Source: Ginglymostoma cirratum (Eukaryota). Taken from it: a stretch of 64,000 bases of DNA. The stretch lies in contig JAHRHZ010000274.1 in assembly GCA_024137785.1 (NCBI GenBank), forward strand, positions 19,068,097-19,132,096, given 5' to 3'. The translations under genes and the position numbers were made by a program. This document shows positions 12,847 to 26,271 of this stretch, piece by piece (within the stretch, counting starts at the first letter, position 1; the number at the start of each line of letters is the position of its first letter). A model generated the notes under the pieces. The model was given only the letters and a program-made list of their open reading frames with translations, was not told where the DNA came from and did no database searches.

Positions 12847-13699
12847 CTGTGTACATTAGGACTTTGTGGAAGACCATTTCTCTGCACAAAGACTGTGTGA
12901 CATCACTAGGTTCAGTGGAGCAGATGCCACTTCATCATTAACTCTTTCAGAACCATTGTTTTTAAAACATTGGGTGCTGGGGTTTGGGGCAGGACCAAGG
13001 AGAAAATCAGGATCCTGTGCTTTTCATGTTTCCGGGCCCCTTTATGCAATCACCTCACCCACCCCAGGTAAACTCTGAGTTAAAGCATCTCAAATAATAG
13101 TGGTGAGTAAACATTCACAAATAGCTCTCACTGCCCCCAACATTGCAGCCTTCAATGTGACCAGACAAATTCTGAAATGTTGTTGCTCACATTACTTTAA
13201 AAAAAGCTGAATTAATCTGAAGTCACTTTTAAAGGCAAGGACCTTGGTATTTACTCCAAATGTTCCCAATAGATGAACTAATGCCTGTGGATTGCATATA
13301 GACAGATCTCATGACTGGACCGTTCCTCAGCCTACAAACTTCACAGAGCATGCAAGATGAGGTGAGTAGAAAGTTCATTCATGATGAAGGCTGGTGGCAC
13401 TGCCTGTGCCAACCTACTGATGGAAAGTAGAGGACCCCTCCCCCACCAGCTCCTGGCATCCCCTGGCATCCACATGGTCCCCATCAGCCAATACGCCACA
13501 CACTTTATTTTAATAGCTTGTATTTCAGCACTGACTCTCCTTGCACACTTAGCAATCTCTGACACAGAACATTGATGGCCAGGCAAGAACTAACAGAAGA
13601 ATGAGAAAGCCTTCAACTAGCCCACTGCAGTCCTCACAACTGCTCTACAAAGACTCCGCTCACCCACTGATGGACCAAGTCAATGTGAATATGCTCTGA

Positions 13700-14010
13700 G
13701 GAAAGATGAAAGAGGCTTGTGCTTTACAGTCTAGAAAGAAAAGATAAAAGGGAATGCCTTATTGAAGTACATAAAATATTAATTACTATAAATAAGGTGC
13801 GCCCAGATTGTTCCTGCAATGCATGCTAAGGAAGAAAAATTAGAGGCCATGAAATAAAAATGAACTAAAAGCAAATCTAAAGAAAACAAAAGTTAAGCTC
13901 ACACTTTCTTTAAGAGTGACGAAAGCACGGTCTACCAGATAGGTGAAACCAAGCTAAAAACGATAAATCTTCTAATGGGAGAGTTAAGGTAACGGGGGAT
14001 TGATAGCAAA
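13700..14010 (+). mobile_element. Old CR1 3' fragment
   Basis: YSLERK..LIEVHKIL-like CR1 C-terminal motif, heavily decayed. Confidence 0.55.
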
Positions 14011-14276
14011 AATTAACTGCTTTACGTAATTTTATCTTGATAGTCATTCTTTAATTCAACTATAATAATAGAGTTTTTAAAAACTAGCTAATAAAAAACC
14101 AGTTCCTCAGCCTAACTTGGTCCAAATGGTGCAGTGTTGCTTTGGTTACATTCAAGGTAGAGACTCACTGAAAAATTAAGTCATATTGGGATAAAACAAC
14201 AAAAGGTAGCTGACAAGTACAAGAAGCTTGGCTTGTGCTGCATTTCAGCTTTGAAATGGCTTGATACAGCTTTCAG

Positions 14277-14420
14277 TTGAGTCCCTTTACTGCAAGCAGC
14301 CAGTGGAAATCAGAGCAGGTCGGAACATGCCCGGCCTGTCAAGAAGCTCAGAGCCTGGGTGTTTCCTTACCCTTGTCAAGCCAGAATCTGGTGCACAATC
14401 AGTCTGCTGAAAGCATCGAG
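14277..14420 (+). other. Candidate exon (144 nt, phase 0/0), product unknown
   Basis: ctttcag acceptor and GAG|gtaagt donor. The only open frame reads LSPFTASSQWKSEQVGTCPACQEAQSLGVSLPLSSQNLVHNQSAESIE; no homology recognised. Confidence 0.25.
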
Positions 14421-15464
14421 GTAAGTCAACCACCCAGTCTTCAAATTTACTTTATCCTGGATTCCTCACAGCTGTCTATCAACACAAATAAGAATGTAAT
14501 CCAGTTAAGGGTCTATGCAAAAAGTACATGCATTTATAGAGTCATAGATTTATTAAGCATGGGAACAGACCCTTCAGTCCAACTCATCCACACTGACCAG
14601 ATATCCCAATGCGACTTAGTCCAATTTTTTTGGCCCCAATATTGGAAAGAATTGTTGCCTGCTAGCTCTGCATCCCACAATGTGCATGTACCTATGCCAC
14701 ACAGGATTCCCCATGAATGCCATGGGTACATGCCAGCAACATGTATAACACTCTGAAAAGGTCACTGCTATAGGTGTCAATCCTAATAATACAGAATTAA
14801 AGCATAGAAATTACTTATAAAAGGAATCACTATGGACTGAGAAAACTGAGGAATAATTTGCATGTTTTTCTTCTCACCAACCGGATGCTAGCAACTTTGC
14901 TGTATAATCTGCCATCACCTTATTATCCACCTTCCCCACTTCAGTCATTGCCTCTTCATTGATTTATCAAGCAACTCAATGCTCGTCCCGCATTCCTGCA
15001 CAATGCAGGTTGCCTTCACTGTACCTTTATTGCGTCCAGTTGGTATTAGGAGCCTGGGCTCCCTTAGAACATTGGCCCAGTGTTTTGTCCCATTGCAGCC
15101 CCTCTCCTGGGCCTTGGGCAGTCTCCTCCGATCACCTTAAGGCTCTAAGCAGACCATCCTGAGCTCTGCAGGCCTGACAAAGTGAATTGTTCTTTGATGG
15201 CTACTACTACAGAGAGGAGGCTCCCTGTTGGCATTGTTCAAGAGTCGAGATAGCATTCATTTAAAGTGGACCTTGGCAATACATAAAGATTTAAGTGAAG
15301 ATATTGAAGTCATGAATTTACAATTTGACTCAAAACAAAATAATTTCAATTAAATTTAATGTAAGAGTGTAACAAAGGTTTTAGAACTATACTTCTATGC
15401 ATTTATTTTGTAGCATAGCATTGACTGTAGTGGCAGCACACTGTGAAATAAGGTAACAAAAGAG

Positions 15465-16000
15465 AAACATGAGGACATAGAAGATAGGAGCAGGAGGAGG
15501 CCATTTGGCCCTTCGAGCCTGCTCTGCCATTCTTCACAATCATGGCTGTTTATCCAACTCAATAGCTTAATCTTGCCTTCTCCCCATAACATTTGATCCC
15601 ATTCGCACCAAGTGCTATATCTAGTCACCTCTTGAATACATTCAATATTTTGGCATTGACCACTTCCTGTGGTAATGAATTCCACAGGCTCACCACTCTT
15701 TGGGTGAAGAAATGTCTCCTCATCTCCATCCTGAATGGTCTACACCGAATCCTCAGACTGTGACCTCTGGTTCTAGACACACCCACCATCGAGAACATCC
15801 TGTCTGTATTTACCCTGTCCAGTCCTGTTAGAATTTCATAAGTCTTTATGAGATCACCCCTCATTCATCTGGACTCCAGCGAAAACAATCCTAACCTAGT
15901 CAATCTCTCCTCATATGTCAGTCCTGCCATCCCTCAAATTCACCTGATCAACCTTCGCTGCACTCCCTCAAGAACAAGGGCATCCTTCCTCAGAAATGGA
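15465..16000 (-). mobile_element. CR1 LINE 3' end
   Basis: MRGDLIKTYEILTGLDRV..RTRGHSLRIR..FFTQRVVSLWNSLPQEVV plus 3' UTR. Confidence 0.92.
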
Positions 16001-16394
16001 AACAAATGGATGATGTCACACAGAATGCAGTAACTTTCTCACTTATTTAGCAATAATAATGAAGTAAATATTTTGCCTTTCAGTGCACTTATCGTTCATT
16101 ACTCATATTGTGTATGATTAATTGATCAAAGACATAATGCACTCTTGCACATTCCAAATGACCTATTAAACTAACTAAATAGACCTTAGGTACACCAGTC
16201 TAAATGATGTAACTAATCATATGAGGCCTCAGAACCAGCACTGTGCATTTGTGCTGTAAGAGATCGGTGGTTGAGAATTCTGTAGCAAGAAATAGCAGTG
16301 TTCTCTCCCAAGCCAATGTGACAGCGGTGTTGGGAACATACAGAGGGACAGTTTTAAGAATCAGAGAAAGTGCACCAGTCTCCAAATAATTTAT

Positions 16395-16515
16395 CTACCA
16401 ACTACTACCTGCCCCACATGTGACCAAGTTTGCATTCGACATATCAGCCAACTCAGAACCTTCAAACTGGCACGGAAGCAACTCATCATTAACCTATGAG
16501 CCTAAGAAGAAGATG
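16395..16515 (+). mobile_element. RTE-like LINE 3' terminal fragment
   Basis: TTTCPTCDQVC..ISQLRT (C2H2 relic), then GGAAGCAACTCATC..CCTAAGAAGAAGA tail. Confidence 0.5.
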
Positions 16516-18302
16516 AACAAGGTAAGAACTAGTGACAAAGCTTAACTGCAGCTGTTTTCTTGTCTTATCTCAGTCTTCTCTCACTTAGCGCTCATGCTGC
16601 TCACACAACATCTACTTATCTCCGGAGTGGGAACTTGATAGCTGCTTTGAGCAATAGCCTTCAGTGATTCAGAATAGACAATCAGATTTGATGGTTATTT
16701 ACCAACTTGGGGAAGAAGGTAAGCACAGGCTAACCCAGAACACTGCCTTAATCACAGAATTACAGAATGGTGCAGAAAGCAACCGATTGTGCCTGTACCA
16801 GCTCATTAAATAATGGTCATTATCTCATTAATGGGACGCAGCACTTGTCTGGATTTGATGAAAGATCAGCTTGATTGAACACATGAACAGGCTCAAGAGA
16901 CTCATTTTCTTCTCCCTTCTCCTATGTTAGAGCAGCTCAGGTATACCAGGATCCACCTGGTACATCTTATTATTTTCCAGGAGTTCCACCTACTGCAACA
17001 ATGTTGATATCTCCTGGCTCAGCATGCTTGGTACATTCTGGGTAGGTTCCCTGGATTCCACTGGGAGGTGCCACAGGAAGCCAGTAGAAGATGACCTGTT
17101 GAAATTGTTTAACTGCCAGCCTTGGGCGCTGAGGACAAGTTTTTTTTCTAAATTTCACTTTAGCATGAAGCGATTGATCGACCTGTGGTTAATTGTGTAG
17201 GGTGTGCTGTCCTTTAAACCTTAAACACCACTTCTGCTACCATAGCAACCCTGCATGCTAGCAAAGCACTTCAAATTTGATGCACCAGCACTTCCATGGC
17301 ACAAAGGAGACAAATTCCGTCATCTGCCTAGCATTGTTCCATCCCTCCCCATATATTAGCAGCACTGAAGCTTGTAAGGGGAATGAACTGACAGGGAGAA
17401 ATGAAGAGAAAGAAAAGCCATCATGCAGCCAGTAAATGCAATCTGCAAGCCGGTGATAAAGCAGCCTGGCACTAAGCCTCCTGTTTAATGGTCACTGAAA
17501 TGGAAATAGTGCTGAAGGAGGCCATTGGAGGAAGAGACCCCAGCCTGCCATTTCCACAGATCCGTGTTGGAAAGAGAGGAATGTGGCTTAGAGGGCATCA
17601 CTTTGATTTACTTTGTTATGCCAAGCCTATGACGTAAGAGCTTTTACAACAGATGGCACAGCCCTCTGTGCTGGCTCTCTGTCAAACTGGGTCCTTGGGT
17701 TCAGCTCGCTACTTCCATTGGCAAGGCTAGGTGCACATAGATTCGTAGCTGTGGTTGATGGCATTTTGGCAAATGCACAGCTTCCTGTTGATCCTCCTGA
17801 CACATTTTCTTTGATATAATCTGACTGAAATCATAATATTCTCTGATTGGGTGTTTCTACAAAAGCAAACCAGCATTGAGACCAGTCAGCCTTTTCTACT
17901 AGATAGTCCTACCATCCACTTTATTGTCACAGAAGGGTAATTTTCAGCTTTGTTGCCTATGTGTCAACCGAGAGAATAGAATTCCTGCCAATTGTAAAAT
18001 CCATCTCATTTTCATTCTGTTGAAATTAGTCAAGTTCTCCATAAAGCAGGAACTCCACTCAGTCATGTTATTATGTAGGGTTGAAACTGTCTCTCAGTAT
18101 CTTTGGAGATTAGAGTTTCTCAAGGCATCCATATCACCAGGTGCTCTTGATGTCTGTCTGCAGATGTGGGAGTATGGGTACAGTGGGCTGGTACAGAATA
18201 CTTCTGGAACAGCCTATCTTCCTTGACATCCTTCCAGTGATCTTATTTTTACTTCTCCAAAAACCACAAATTTATGAGGAAGACAAGTCCCATTAGGACA
18301 TT

Positions 18303-18534
18303 GAGATAACAAGGCATAGAGCTGGATGAACACAGCAGGCCAAGCAGCATCAGAGGAGCAGGAAAGCTGACGTTTCAGGCCTAGACCCTTCTTCAGAAAA
18401 TCTCAGAAAATCTGAAGAAGGGTCGAGGCCCGAAACGTCAGCTTTCCTGCTCTTCTGACGCTGCTTGGCCTGCTGTGTTCATCCAGCTCTATACCTTGTT
18501 ATCTCAGATTCTCTAGCATCTGCAGTTCCTGCTA
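18303..18534. mobile_element. Fold-back mini-PLE (family B): two inverted 95-bp pLTR arms with a 15-bp TSD
   Basis: Arms at 18303-18397 and 18411-18505. TSD TCCCATTAGGACATT at 18288-18302 and 18535-18549. Confidence 0.92.
18412..18439 (+). ncRNA. Minimal hammerhead core, with a mirror copy on the minus strand at 18369-18396
   Basis: CTGAAGA-A-GGGTCGAGGCCC-GAAACGTC. Confidence 0.65.
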
Positions 18535-20505
18535 TCCCATTAGGACATTAATGTCCCAGATCCATTTTTCATTAAAATGTTGTGTTGAGTGAGTTACAAC
18601 AAGATGTTGGGAAGTCAATAACCACAGGCTGAATTCCTATAGGCCCATGATAGCAGGCTTGGAAGGGACATCTCAATCTGGGAAATGGGGAGAGCTATGA
18701 TGGAACAGTTCCACAAGCATTCCTGCTAATAAGAACTTTTCCGGTGAGTGGAAGAGGACCCTAATCACCCACCGCACCATAGAGTTAGGAAACCAAAGAA
18801 ATTGACCGCGGACTCATCAAATCCGATTTTGTGATTAATGCTCAGGTTTTATTACCAGTTTAGCCCCATGTCCTCACTCCATCAAACAGTTATTGCCATC
18901 TCCAAGAAGCACACCTCCCCAGATTCATGCTGCCATCAGCATTGAAAGATTCATTGCACCTAAACAGGAAAGACCTTACTCTTGGAACAAATGATGCAAC
19001 CAGAGTTTTCTCCCCCTCAGTTACAAAGGAACTAGTAGCATTGTTCTGTATAATTTTGGGAAATTCATGCATCTGAAGATGCTCAGGTTGAGGCTCCCTT
19101 GCAATCCCTGATCTTCCATGACAGTGCCTTCCTCTCAGGGTGGGCTGTCAGACCTCTGATGTGGCCAACAAGAATGCCACCTCCTTTAAAATTGTGCCAA
19201 TGAACTCCAGCATCCTTCAGCTTACCACCCAATTGATAGCAACAAATGCAATGAGAATATCTTCACCTGGTGTATTAATTCCTTAATATTTTGTAGCTCC
19301 TGCTTAAAGTTGAAGGCAAATATGGGTTAGATTTAAGTTAAATATTCATCTTTAAAGGGCTGTGTGATGCATGGTTCTCAACAGACATTAAATAAAAGAT
19401 TTATCCTATGATTACATTTGTGGAGCATTGCCACAAGTAGTATTTACCATTTTAATGGCAAAACTGGTGTAAGTTTACAACTATAATTTTAATGCAGGTT
19501 GATATTATTAAGATCAATGAAATGTGGATTTACTTATATGAAATACTTGTAGATTTGTGTCCGTATAAATTTAAATAACATGATACAAATAATAACGTGA
19601 TATAAATTGTACCAACTCACATATTTTATTTCATATAACCAAAGAGTTGAGACATGCAAGGAAAATGCTATCGTTGACCAAAAGATTTAGAATTAAATAA
19701 ACATGATTCCAGACCTCTGTGTAAATCAATTTAATGCTCGACAAATTAGAATACAAATTATGTATTTTGCATAATATTTTCAATTTAATTTCGCTCACAA
19801 CATAATTAACTTAACTTAAATATAAATAGTAAAAATTATTAATCTTATAAACAATCTGTTCATAACCTAAGCATAATACATCTCAATAACAACATTCATT
19901 TTAGATCCTACTGGCCTGTAGCTTAGTAATTGCATCCTTGATAATTAATAGAGGTTTTCAGAAATATTTACAAGAATATTTTAAAAGACTATTCTGAGTG
20001 AAGAACTTGTAAATATTAGGAAAAATGTTTACATTTGTTTTCAAATCTATTTTTGAGAATTTATCAAAAGGTGTGTAAAAAGTTTTCCATTAATAATAAT
20101 CTTGAATAGTATAAGTCTACAGCAACATGAGGCTCAATTTGTTAACATTTTGAGGGTGAATCTCACCCCAGATTCAACGATGGAAATATTTCTTACTCAG
20201 TCTTTCATTCTTGCAAGTGTTTCTAATGTAATCATTTAGCCTGTCAGGAAAAACCTTTGCTCATTGGACCTTAATCCTTAATGTTTTATTTTCCCCTTAC
20301 CCTGTGGAAACACAAATCTGTATGGAGTCATTTGCTGTTCCATACTAATTTACATAAAGTTACCATTGTTCACACCAATCAGAATTAAGGTGTAACTTAT
20401 ATTATGATAGAATTAAGTGTGAGCAAATAAATGTGTTTACACAATATGATGCTGTCCTGAGTATATGGCAAGAAGAAACAAAAGAAAAAAGTCATCATTA
20501 GAAAA

Positions 20506-20604
20506 AGATTTCCCGAAGAAGGGTCCAGATCCGAAACGTCAGCTTTCCTGCTCCTCTGATGCTGCTTGGCCTGCTGTGTTCATCCAGCTCTAGACCTTGT
20601 TATC
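20506..20604 (+). mobile_element. Single-arm PLE family B insertion with 14-bp TSD
   Basis: TSD TCATCATTAGAAAA at 20492-20505 and 20605-20618. Hammerhead core is mutated (CCGAAGA). Confidence 0.85.
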
Positions 20605-21977
20605 TCATCATTAGAAAAGCCAAGATCTCAGCAGGTAAAGTTTATTATTATCCCAGCAAAGGAATAGAGGTGAGCAACTATTACTTTTATGAGCATTACA
20701 ACTTAGGCTGTGATGAAAGGTTAATTAGCTTGATTTCTTTGAGAAAGGGAAGGCAACAGGGAAGATTTCCATTCACCTGAAAGAGGTGCATCAGGGTTAT
20801 GCATTTCCCAAATCTATGGTCAGGACGCCTAAACAATTTATGAGATTTGGTTCTCACTTCCTTTCGGCTGGTGAGGTGTAGTCACCAAAATGGGCACTTC
20901 AGTGCAGCTTACTGCTTTCCGATGGCACAAATCAGCTAGCTGCGTTACAGACTGAGCCTGTTCCAGAGAACAGCCAATCCCAATAGGACTGAATCAGTAT
21001 AAACAGGTTAACCCCATGAAGATCTTAGGCATCTTTGGAAAATAAGGGAATCCTTCAATGAGCTGCAAGGTACATATAGGGATTAGCTTCATAATGTCTG
21101 GTACAATTAGATTGTATAAAGCAGACTCATTTGAACATAAAAATTGTAATCAATAAGCCTTCCAATTTTTCTAAAGGATCAGATTTAAGTGAGCGTCTGG
21201 TTTTCAATTTTCAAAGTTTTTTTATACTTCTGCATTTTATTTTAGATTTTGTCAATGTTTCTGAATGCTTAAAAAAACTGATATAATTTTGGAATAGTTA
21301 ATGGGGGGTGAATTTTAATTAAATAATAACTTTTTTATCAACTCGTCAAAAGAAAAATAGACCAGTAATGCCCGGCTGCTAAAATCACCTGAAAACAAGG
21401 AATAGTATTCACACTCTTCCAACAGGAGAGCAACAGAGAGGGGAGGGAACACAAAACAGCTTGTCTAGTATCAGCTTTCACAAGAGCTTAGGGAGCCACA
21501 AGGCATTGAAACACAAGTGCAGACTCCTATGGCAGTCTAGAAAAGGTCAAGTTTATGATCTGGTCTGATTTGGATGGACCCAAAACACAGTATTTGATTT
21601 GATGCAGGATGACAGGGAACAGGGAGGTTATCATTGTGTTTGAAGCACACTTGTTTCATTTACTATTATGCCATTAACCATCTCAAACTTTTGGCACACC
21701 TAATGACAGCCACAGACAACTACCTCGACAGGTTTCCTGTAGACACCTCATAAAATTGAAATGTTAAACACATGTTAAACATTCCTCTGCTATTAACTGT
21801 GACCACGATTTCTAGCCTCATATATTTTATGATTCTAAAAACAGAAATCTAAAAAAGCAGAAAACGCAGATTAACATTCAGTTATCACTCTTCAAACATA
21901 ATTCAGTTAAAAGTTTTAAATGACAAAACTGAAATCTTTGCTTTTAATTGGATTGATAACCAGAACCCCAGTATTCT

Positions 21978-22390
21978 CAAGAAGAGTCACTTTGGATTCG
22001 AAATGTTAACTCTGTTTTTCTTTCCCTACAGATGTTTCTGGACCTACTAAGTTTCTCAAGCATTTTCCATTTTAATTTCAGATTTCCAGCAACCACAGTT
22101 TTTTTGTTCTTGATCCCAGGCTAATGTTCTCAGGACACGGTTTGAATCCCACTGTGGCAGACGGTGAAATTTGAATTTTATAAAAATTTGGAATGAAATG
22201 TTGGCTTAATGGTAATCATGTAAGTCATGTTGATTGTTGTAAAAATCCATCTGGTTCATGAATGAACATTAGGTAAGGAAATTTGCCTTTTTTGCCTGGT
22301 GAGGCCTACATATGACTTCAGGCCCACAACAATGACCACCCCATGCACTTTTAGGAATTAGATATTTCAAAGCCACAAACAAAAAATAAA
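21978..22390 (+). mobile_element. Old pLTR-derived repeat (to ~22110) followed by a decayed tRNA-derived SINE
   Basis: GAAGAGTC..GATTCGAAATGTTAACTCTG arm, then similarity to the SINE at 46440-46808. Confidence 0.6.
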
Positions 22391-23889
22391 AATTTCTTCA
22401 ATCAACCCCACACTCATAAATAGCTTTAGGATCTTCCTGTTGGAAATTCATTTACTTGTGATTGAGTGGAGGAGAAGACAAGCGAAAGGTGTAACGTTGT
22501 TGAAGAAAACTGGCCAAACCTGTGACCATTCCTCCCTCCATGACTCTAAAGGCTCAGGAGATCTTGAAATAGATTAAGTGAACATGCAACGGCTTGGATT
22601 GAGTGCCTGCTGGAGGGTACAGATTCTAGAGAGGAAATTTGGTTCTGTAAATGCCTCACTTCGCAGGCTTACAACATACTGGTAATGAAACAATGGCAGT
22701 GGATCCATTCATGTCAACTTCCAGCACCTGCTCCTCCAATCACCTTGTTGTGGAGTCTTCAACACTTTCATTCCATGCATAGACCAGAAACATGCAGAGT
22801 AAGCAGATTGCAACATTAGTCTACTATTGATTTGATACCTCACCTGCCACTTTGGACACTCCTCTAAAACCTTCCCATAAACATGTTCGGCTGAACAATG
22901 CATTGATTATAAATTTTTGTTAATAGAAATTTTTGTCAAGCGAAAGAATATGGGTCAAAGCCAGGAACGTTGAGATAGGCCACAGATCAACCATAATCTC
23001 ATTGAATGGTGCAACAGACCTGAGGGGCTGAATGGCCTACTTCTGTTCCTATCTTCCTATATAGTGCCTGGACCACTTGGACAAAATCATCCAGTACTGG
23101 CCAGAGCATGTCTCATGATTTGTGTATTCTTCTGCATTCTGACCGTCATAAGGAGCAACTCTGTACTTTCCTCTGATATGTCTGAAGTGGTGGCTAAACG
23201 TGTTAGATCAAGTGGCGGTGTTCCTCTCTGAGATGGTGGGTCTTAGTTCTTCTGCGTCTACAATATCAGCTACCATTGCTGACCAGCCAGCTGTCTTTAA
23301 GTGTTTGAAAGCTTTAATGCACAAGTAGAGGGTTGATGTGAGAGAAGCATGGAATAGATGAAAGACAAGAGGTGCATGATTACACCCTCAGCACCTTGCA
23401 CATCTAAACAGAAGGCAAAGTGATGCATAAGAAGCTGCATAAGGCAAACACATACCATCATCCTGGATAGTTTCACACAAAGTTGCTACCATGGCCTTGG
23501 TGACAGTCATGCCAAAAATTCCAAGCTGGATGAGTACAACCAATGGGGAGGTGAGAACAATCCATGGTGATTATCCATCACTCACTCATTGCTGATCCCT
23601 CCTGCTATCTGAGAACTTGTCCTGTGAGAAAGAGCTGAGCATTCAGTAATCACGTTGAAATATGTTTGAAAGATGTGCATACTTTTGCTAAATAGTTGGT
23701 GCCATACAGAAGCTGTAAGATGTGAGTGTGATATTTGCAGTAGTGATATACGCGTGATGCAGCATGCAAATTGTCAGGCGAATCCTGATGGGTAGTAATT
23801 GTTGCTGGGTGACTGATAGGGTGTGGAGTATTGAACAATGGGGAGAGTTGGTGGGTGGTTGGTAGGAGATGGCTTTGAGGATGCATTCA

Positions 23890-24100
23890 CCAACCTTGAG
23901 TACTCATGTCATTGAATGTCCCCTGGTACTGCATCCAGATTCTTAGAATGAGATTCCTGGCCTGGACCTTCTTCACCATGTCTGTCTGAAAGTCCTCCTA
24001 GTCCTCTGTGGATAGATGGCCTTTCTCCTTCTTTCAATGTCTTCACAGCCTATAATATTATATCAGAGAATTTAAGAGGCCTCTCTGGGACCAGCTCCAG
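23890..24100 (-). pseudogene. Decayed Myb/SANT-like ORF of a Harbinger-type DNA transposon (element roughly 22450-24490)
   Basis: ERPLKFSD..EDIERRRKAIYP..VQARNLILRIWMQYQGTFNDM matches the R.P.FSD..E.VE.RR..LYP..W.QC.K.FNDL pattern, with frameshifts. Confidence 0.6.
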
Positions 24101-24619
24101 CCCTCTGGTTTCTTTCTACTCCAAACGTATTTTCCAGTCAGTCGACTGAACTTCTGCACCTTCCCTTTAAGAGTAAGTTAGACAATTTTAATAGTACTAG
24201 CTTCACACAAAAGTAACCCCCTTCTGCTTACCCCTTCTCAATGTCTAGCCTGTCAGCAACGTGGTTAACCGTGAACTCTATGCCACAATCTAGGAAATGT
24301 TCAGGTAGCATGACATTCGCCTGCTGTCTGCATCACTTTAATTGGGTATGGGGTATGTTCAAGGCAATTCCTGGGTCCTTTAATGATCCTTATCAGTTTT
24401 TTATCTCTGTATCTTTTATGCTGAATGGCTCATTTCACACCACAAAAGGAGACTTAGCAACATTATTAAAGTAGTTGTCCACCCGAATTCCACAGGATGC
24501 TACTAACCTGTTTGGTAGATCTTAGGAGAATTCATTCATTTTGTGATGACTCTGAGACTGTAAACTGAAAAGACTTTTCATTTGATATTTTCCCCAAAAT
24601 TAACAGGACAGTAGGTGCA

Positions 24620-25185
24620 CTCGTTATTATTCATTCATCTGTTGTGGGGACCACTAGCAAGGCCAGTCTCTGCCTGTTTCTTGCCTGTCTCGAGTTACCC
24701 TTGAGAAGTGATCTTTTTGACATTCTCAAAAAGATGCAGTCCATCTGGTTTAGGTACAAACACAGTGCTATAAGAAAGAGACTTTGACCTAACGACAGTG
24801 AAGACAAAAGGCAAATGTAATTTCATAGCAGGAAGGTGCAGGACTTGGAGGGGAAGTGCAGATGATGGTTCCCATGTGTCTGCTGCCTTTGTGTTGCTTT
24901 GTGCGTTATCAGGTGATGTCAAAGGAGACTTGATGAGTTGCTGCAGTGCCTCATTGTTGTGCGTTGGTAGCAGAGGGTGTGATGTTCATTGAAAGGGTCA
25001 CTTTGCTCCAGATGGTGGTGAGGTCCTTGCATGTTCTTGAAGTTGCACTCATCCAGGAAAGTGTGGAATATTACATCACCCTCCTGACTTGTACCTTGTG
25101 GATGGTGGACAGGCTTTGAGCAGTCAGGAGTTGAGTTAGTCACTGCAGGATTCCTAGTCTCCAACCTACTTTCGTAGCTATGGTA
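24620..25185 (-). mobile_element. CR1/L2-group LINE 3' fragment (second family), resuming briefly at ~25950-25978
   Basis: Antisense similarity to 31600-32095. Confidence 0.65.
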
Positions 25186-25945
25186 TAAGAACATAAGAAC
25201 ATAAGAGCTAGGAGCAGGAGTAGGCCACCTGGCCCCTCGAGTCTGCCCTGCCATTTAATAAGATCATGACTGATCTTTTTGAGACTCAGCTCCACTTACC
25301 CGCCCACTCACCATAACCCTTAATTCCTTTACTATTCAAAAATTTATCTAACCTTGCCTTAAAAACATTCACGAGGTAGCTTCAAACGCTTCACTGGGCA
25401 GGGAATTCCACAGATTCACAACCCTTTGCGTGAAGAAGTTCCTCCTGACCTCAGTCCTACATCTGCTTCCCTTTATTTTGAGGTGATGCCCTCTCGTCCT
25501 AGTTTCACCTGCTAGCGGAAACAACCTCCCTGCCTCCACCTTATCTATTCCCTTCATAATTTTATATGTTTCTATAAGATCTCCCCTCATTCTTCTGAAT
25601 TCCAATGAGTATAATCCCAGTCTAGTCAGTCTCTCCTCATAATCCAACCCTCTCAACTCTGGAATCAACTGAGTGAATCTCCTCTGCACCCCCTCCGGTG
25701 TTAATATATCTCTTCTCAAGTAAGGAGACCAAAACTGCGCACAGTACTCCAGGTGTGGCCTCACCAGGACCCTATACAGCTGCAGCATAGCCTCCCTGTT
25801 TTTAAACTCCATCCCTCTAGCAACGATAGACAAAATTCCATTTGCCTTTTTAATCACCTGCTGCACCTGCAATCCTACTTTTAGCGATTCATGCACAAGG
25901 ACACCAAAGTCCCTCTGCACAGCAGCATGCAGCAATTTTTTTACC
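25186..25945 (-). mobile_element. Young 5'-truncated CR1 LINE with an uninterrupted ORF2 C-terminal frame
   Basis: ORF 25369-25947 (VQRDFGVLVHESLK..LYRVLVRPHLEYCAQFWSPY..RMRGDLIETYKIMKG..NFFTQRVVNLWNSLP) and (TTCTTATG)n tail. Confidence 0.95.
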
Positions 25946-26271
25946 ATGCATGCATATGGCTGGTCCAGTTAAGTTTCAGCTTCCAAATGAAGGCCTTTAA
26001 TTCATGAAATTTTCTCAAAAAGGATTCTACAGCTTCAAATTCCACAGAACATGATGGAAATGCTGAGTAGTTCTGCTGTTACCAGTGGAGAGGGCAACAG
26101 AATAAACAGTTGATACTTGCAGGCCTGTGGAATGTTTCCAGCATTTTCTGGTTCTATTTCAGATTTTCAACAACTATAGTACTTTGCTTTTGTTTTCCTC
26201 AATATTGAAGTTGTTTCAGACTGGCAGCAATAAATTCTCCCTGTCATCACCAAACTGACTGGAAGTTTTGT

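Noticed and set aside
12235-12900. 221-aa Pro/Ser/Leu-rich ORF
   Set aside because: Stop-poor C/T-rich PLE 3' UTR, not a gene.
18303-18505. Palindromes read as DNA-transposon MITEs or CRISPR-like repeats
   Set aside because: The arms are PLE pLTR sequence with unequal ends and long TSDs, and there is no regular repeat-spacer array.
18980-19072. Exon-like minus segment MHEFPKIIQNN..VPR|gtaagg
   Set aside because: Weak acceptor, lies in what looks like a decayed non-autonomous DNA element (~18627-19266), and is out of phase with the 26.6 kb candidate.
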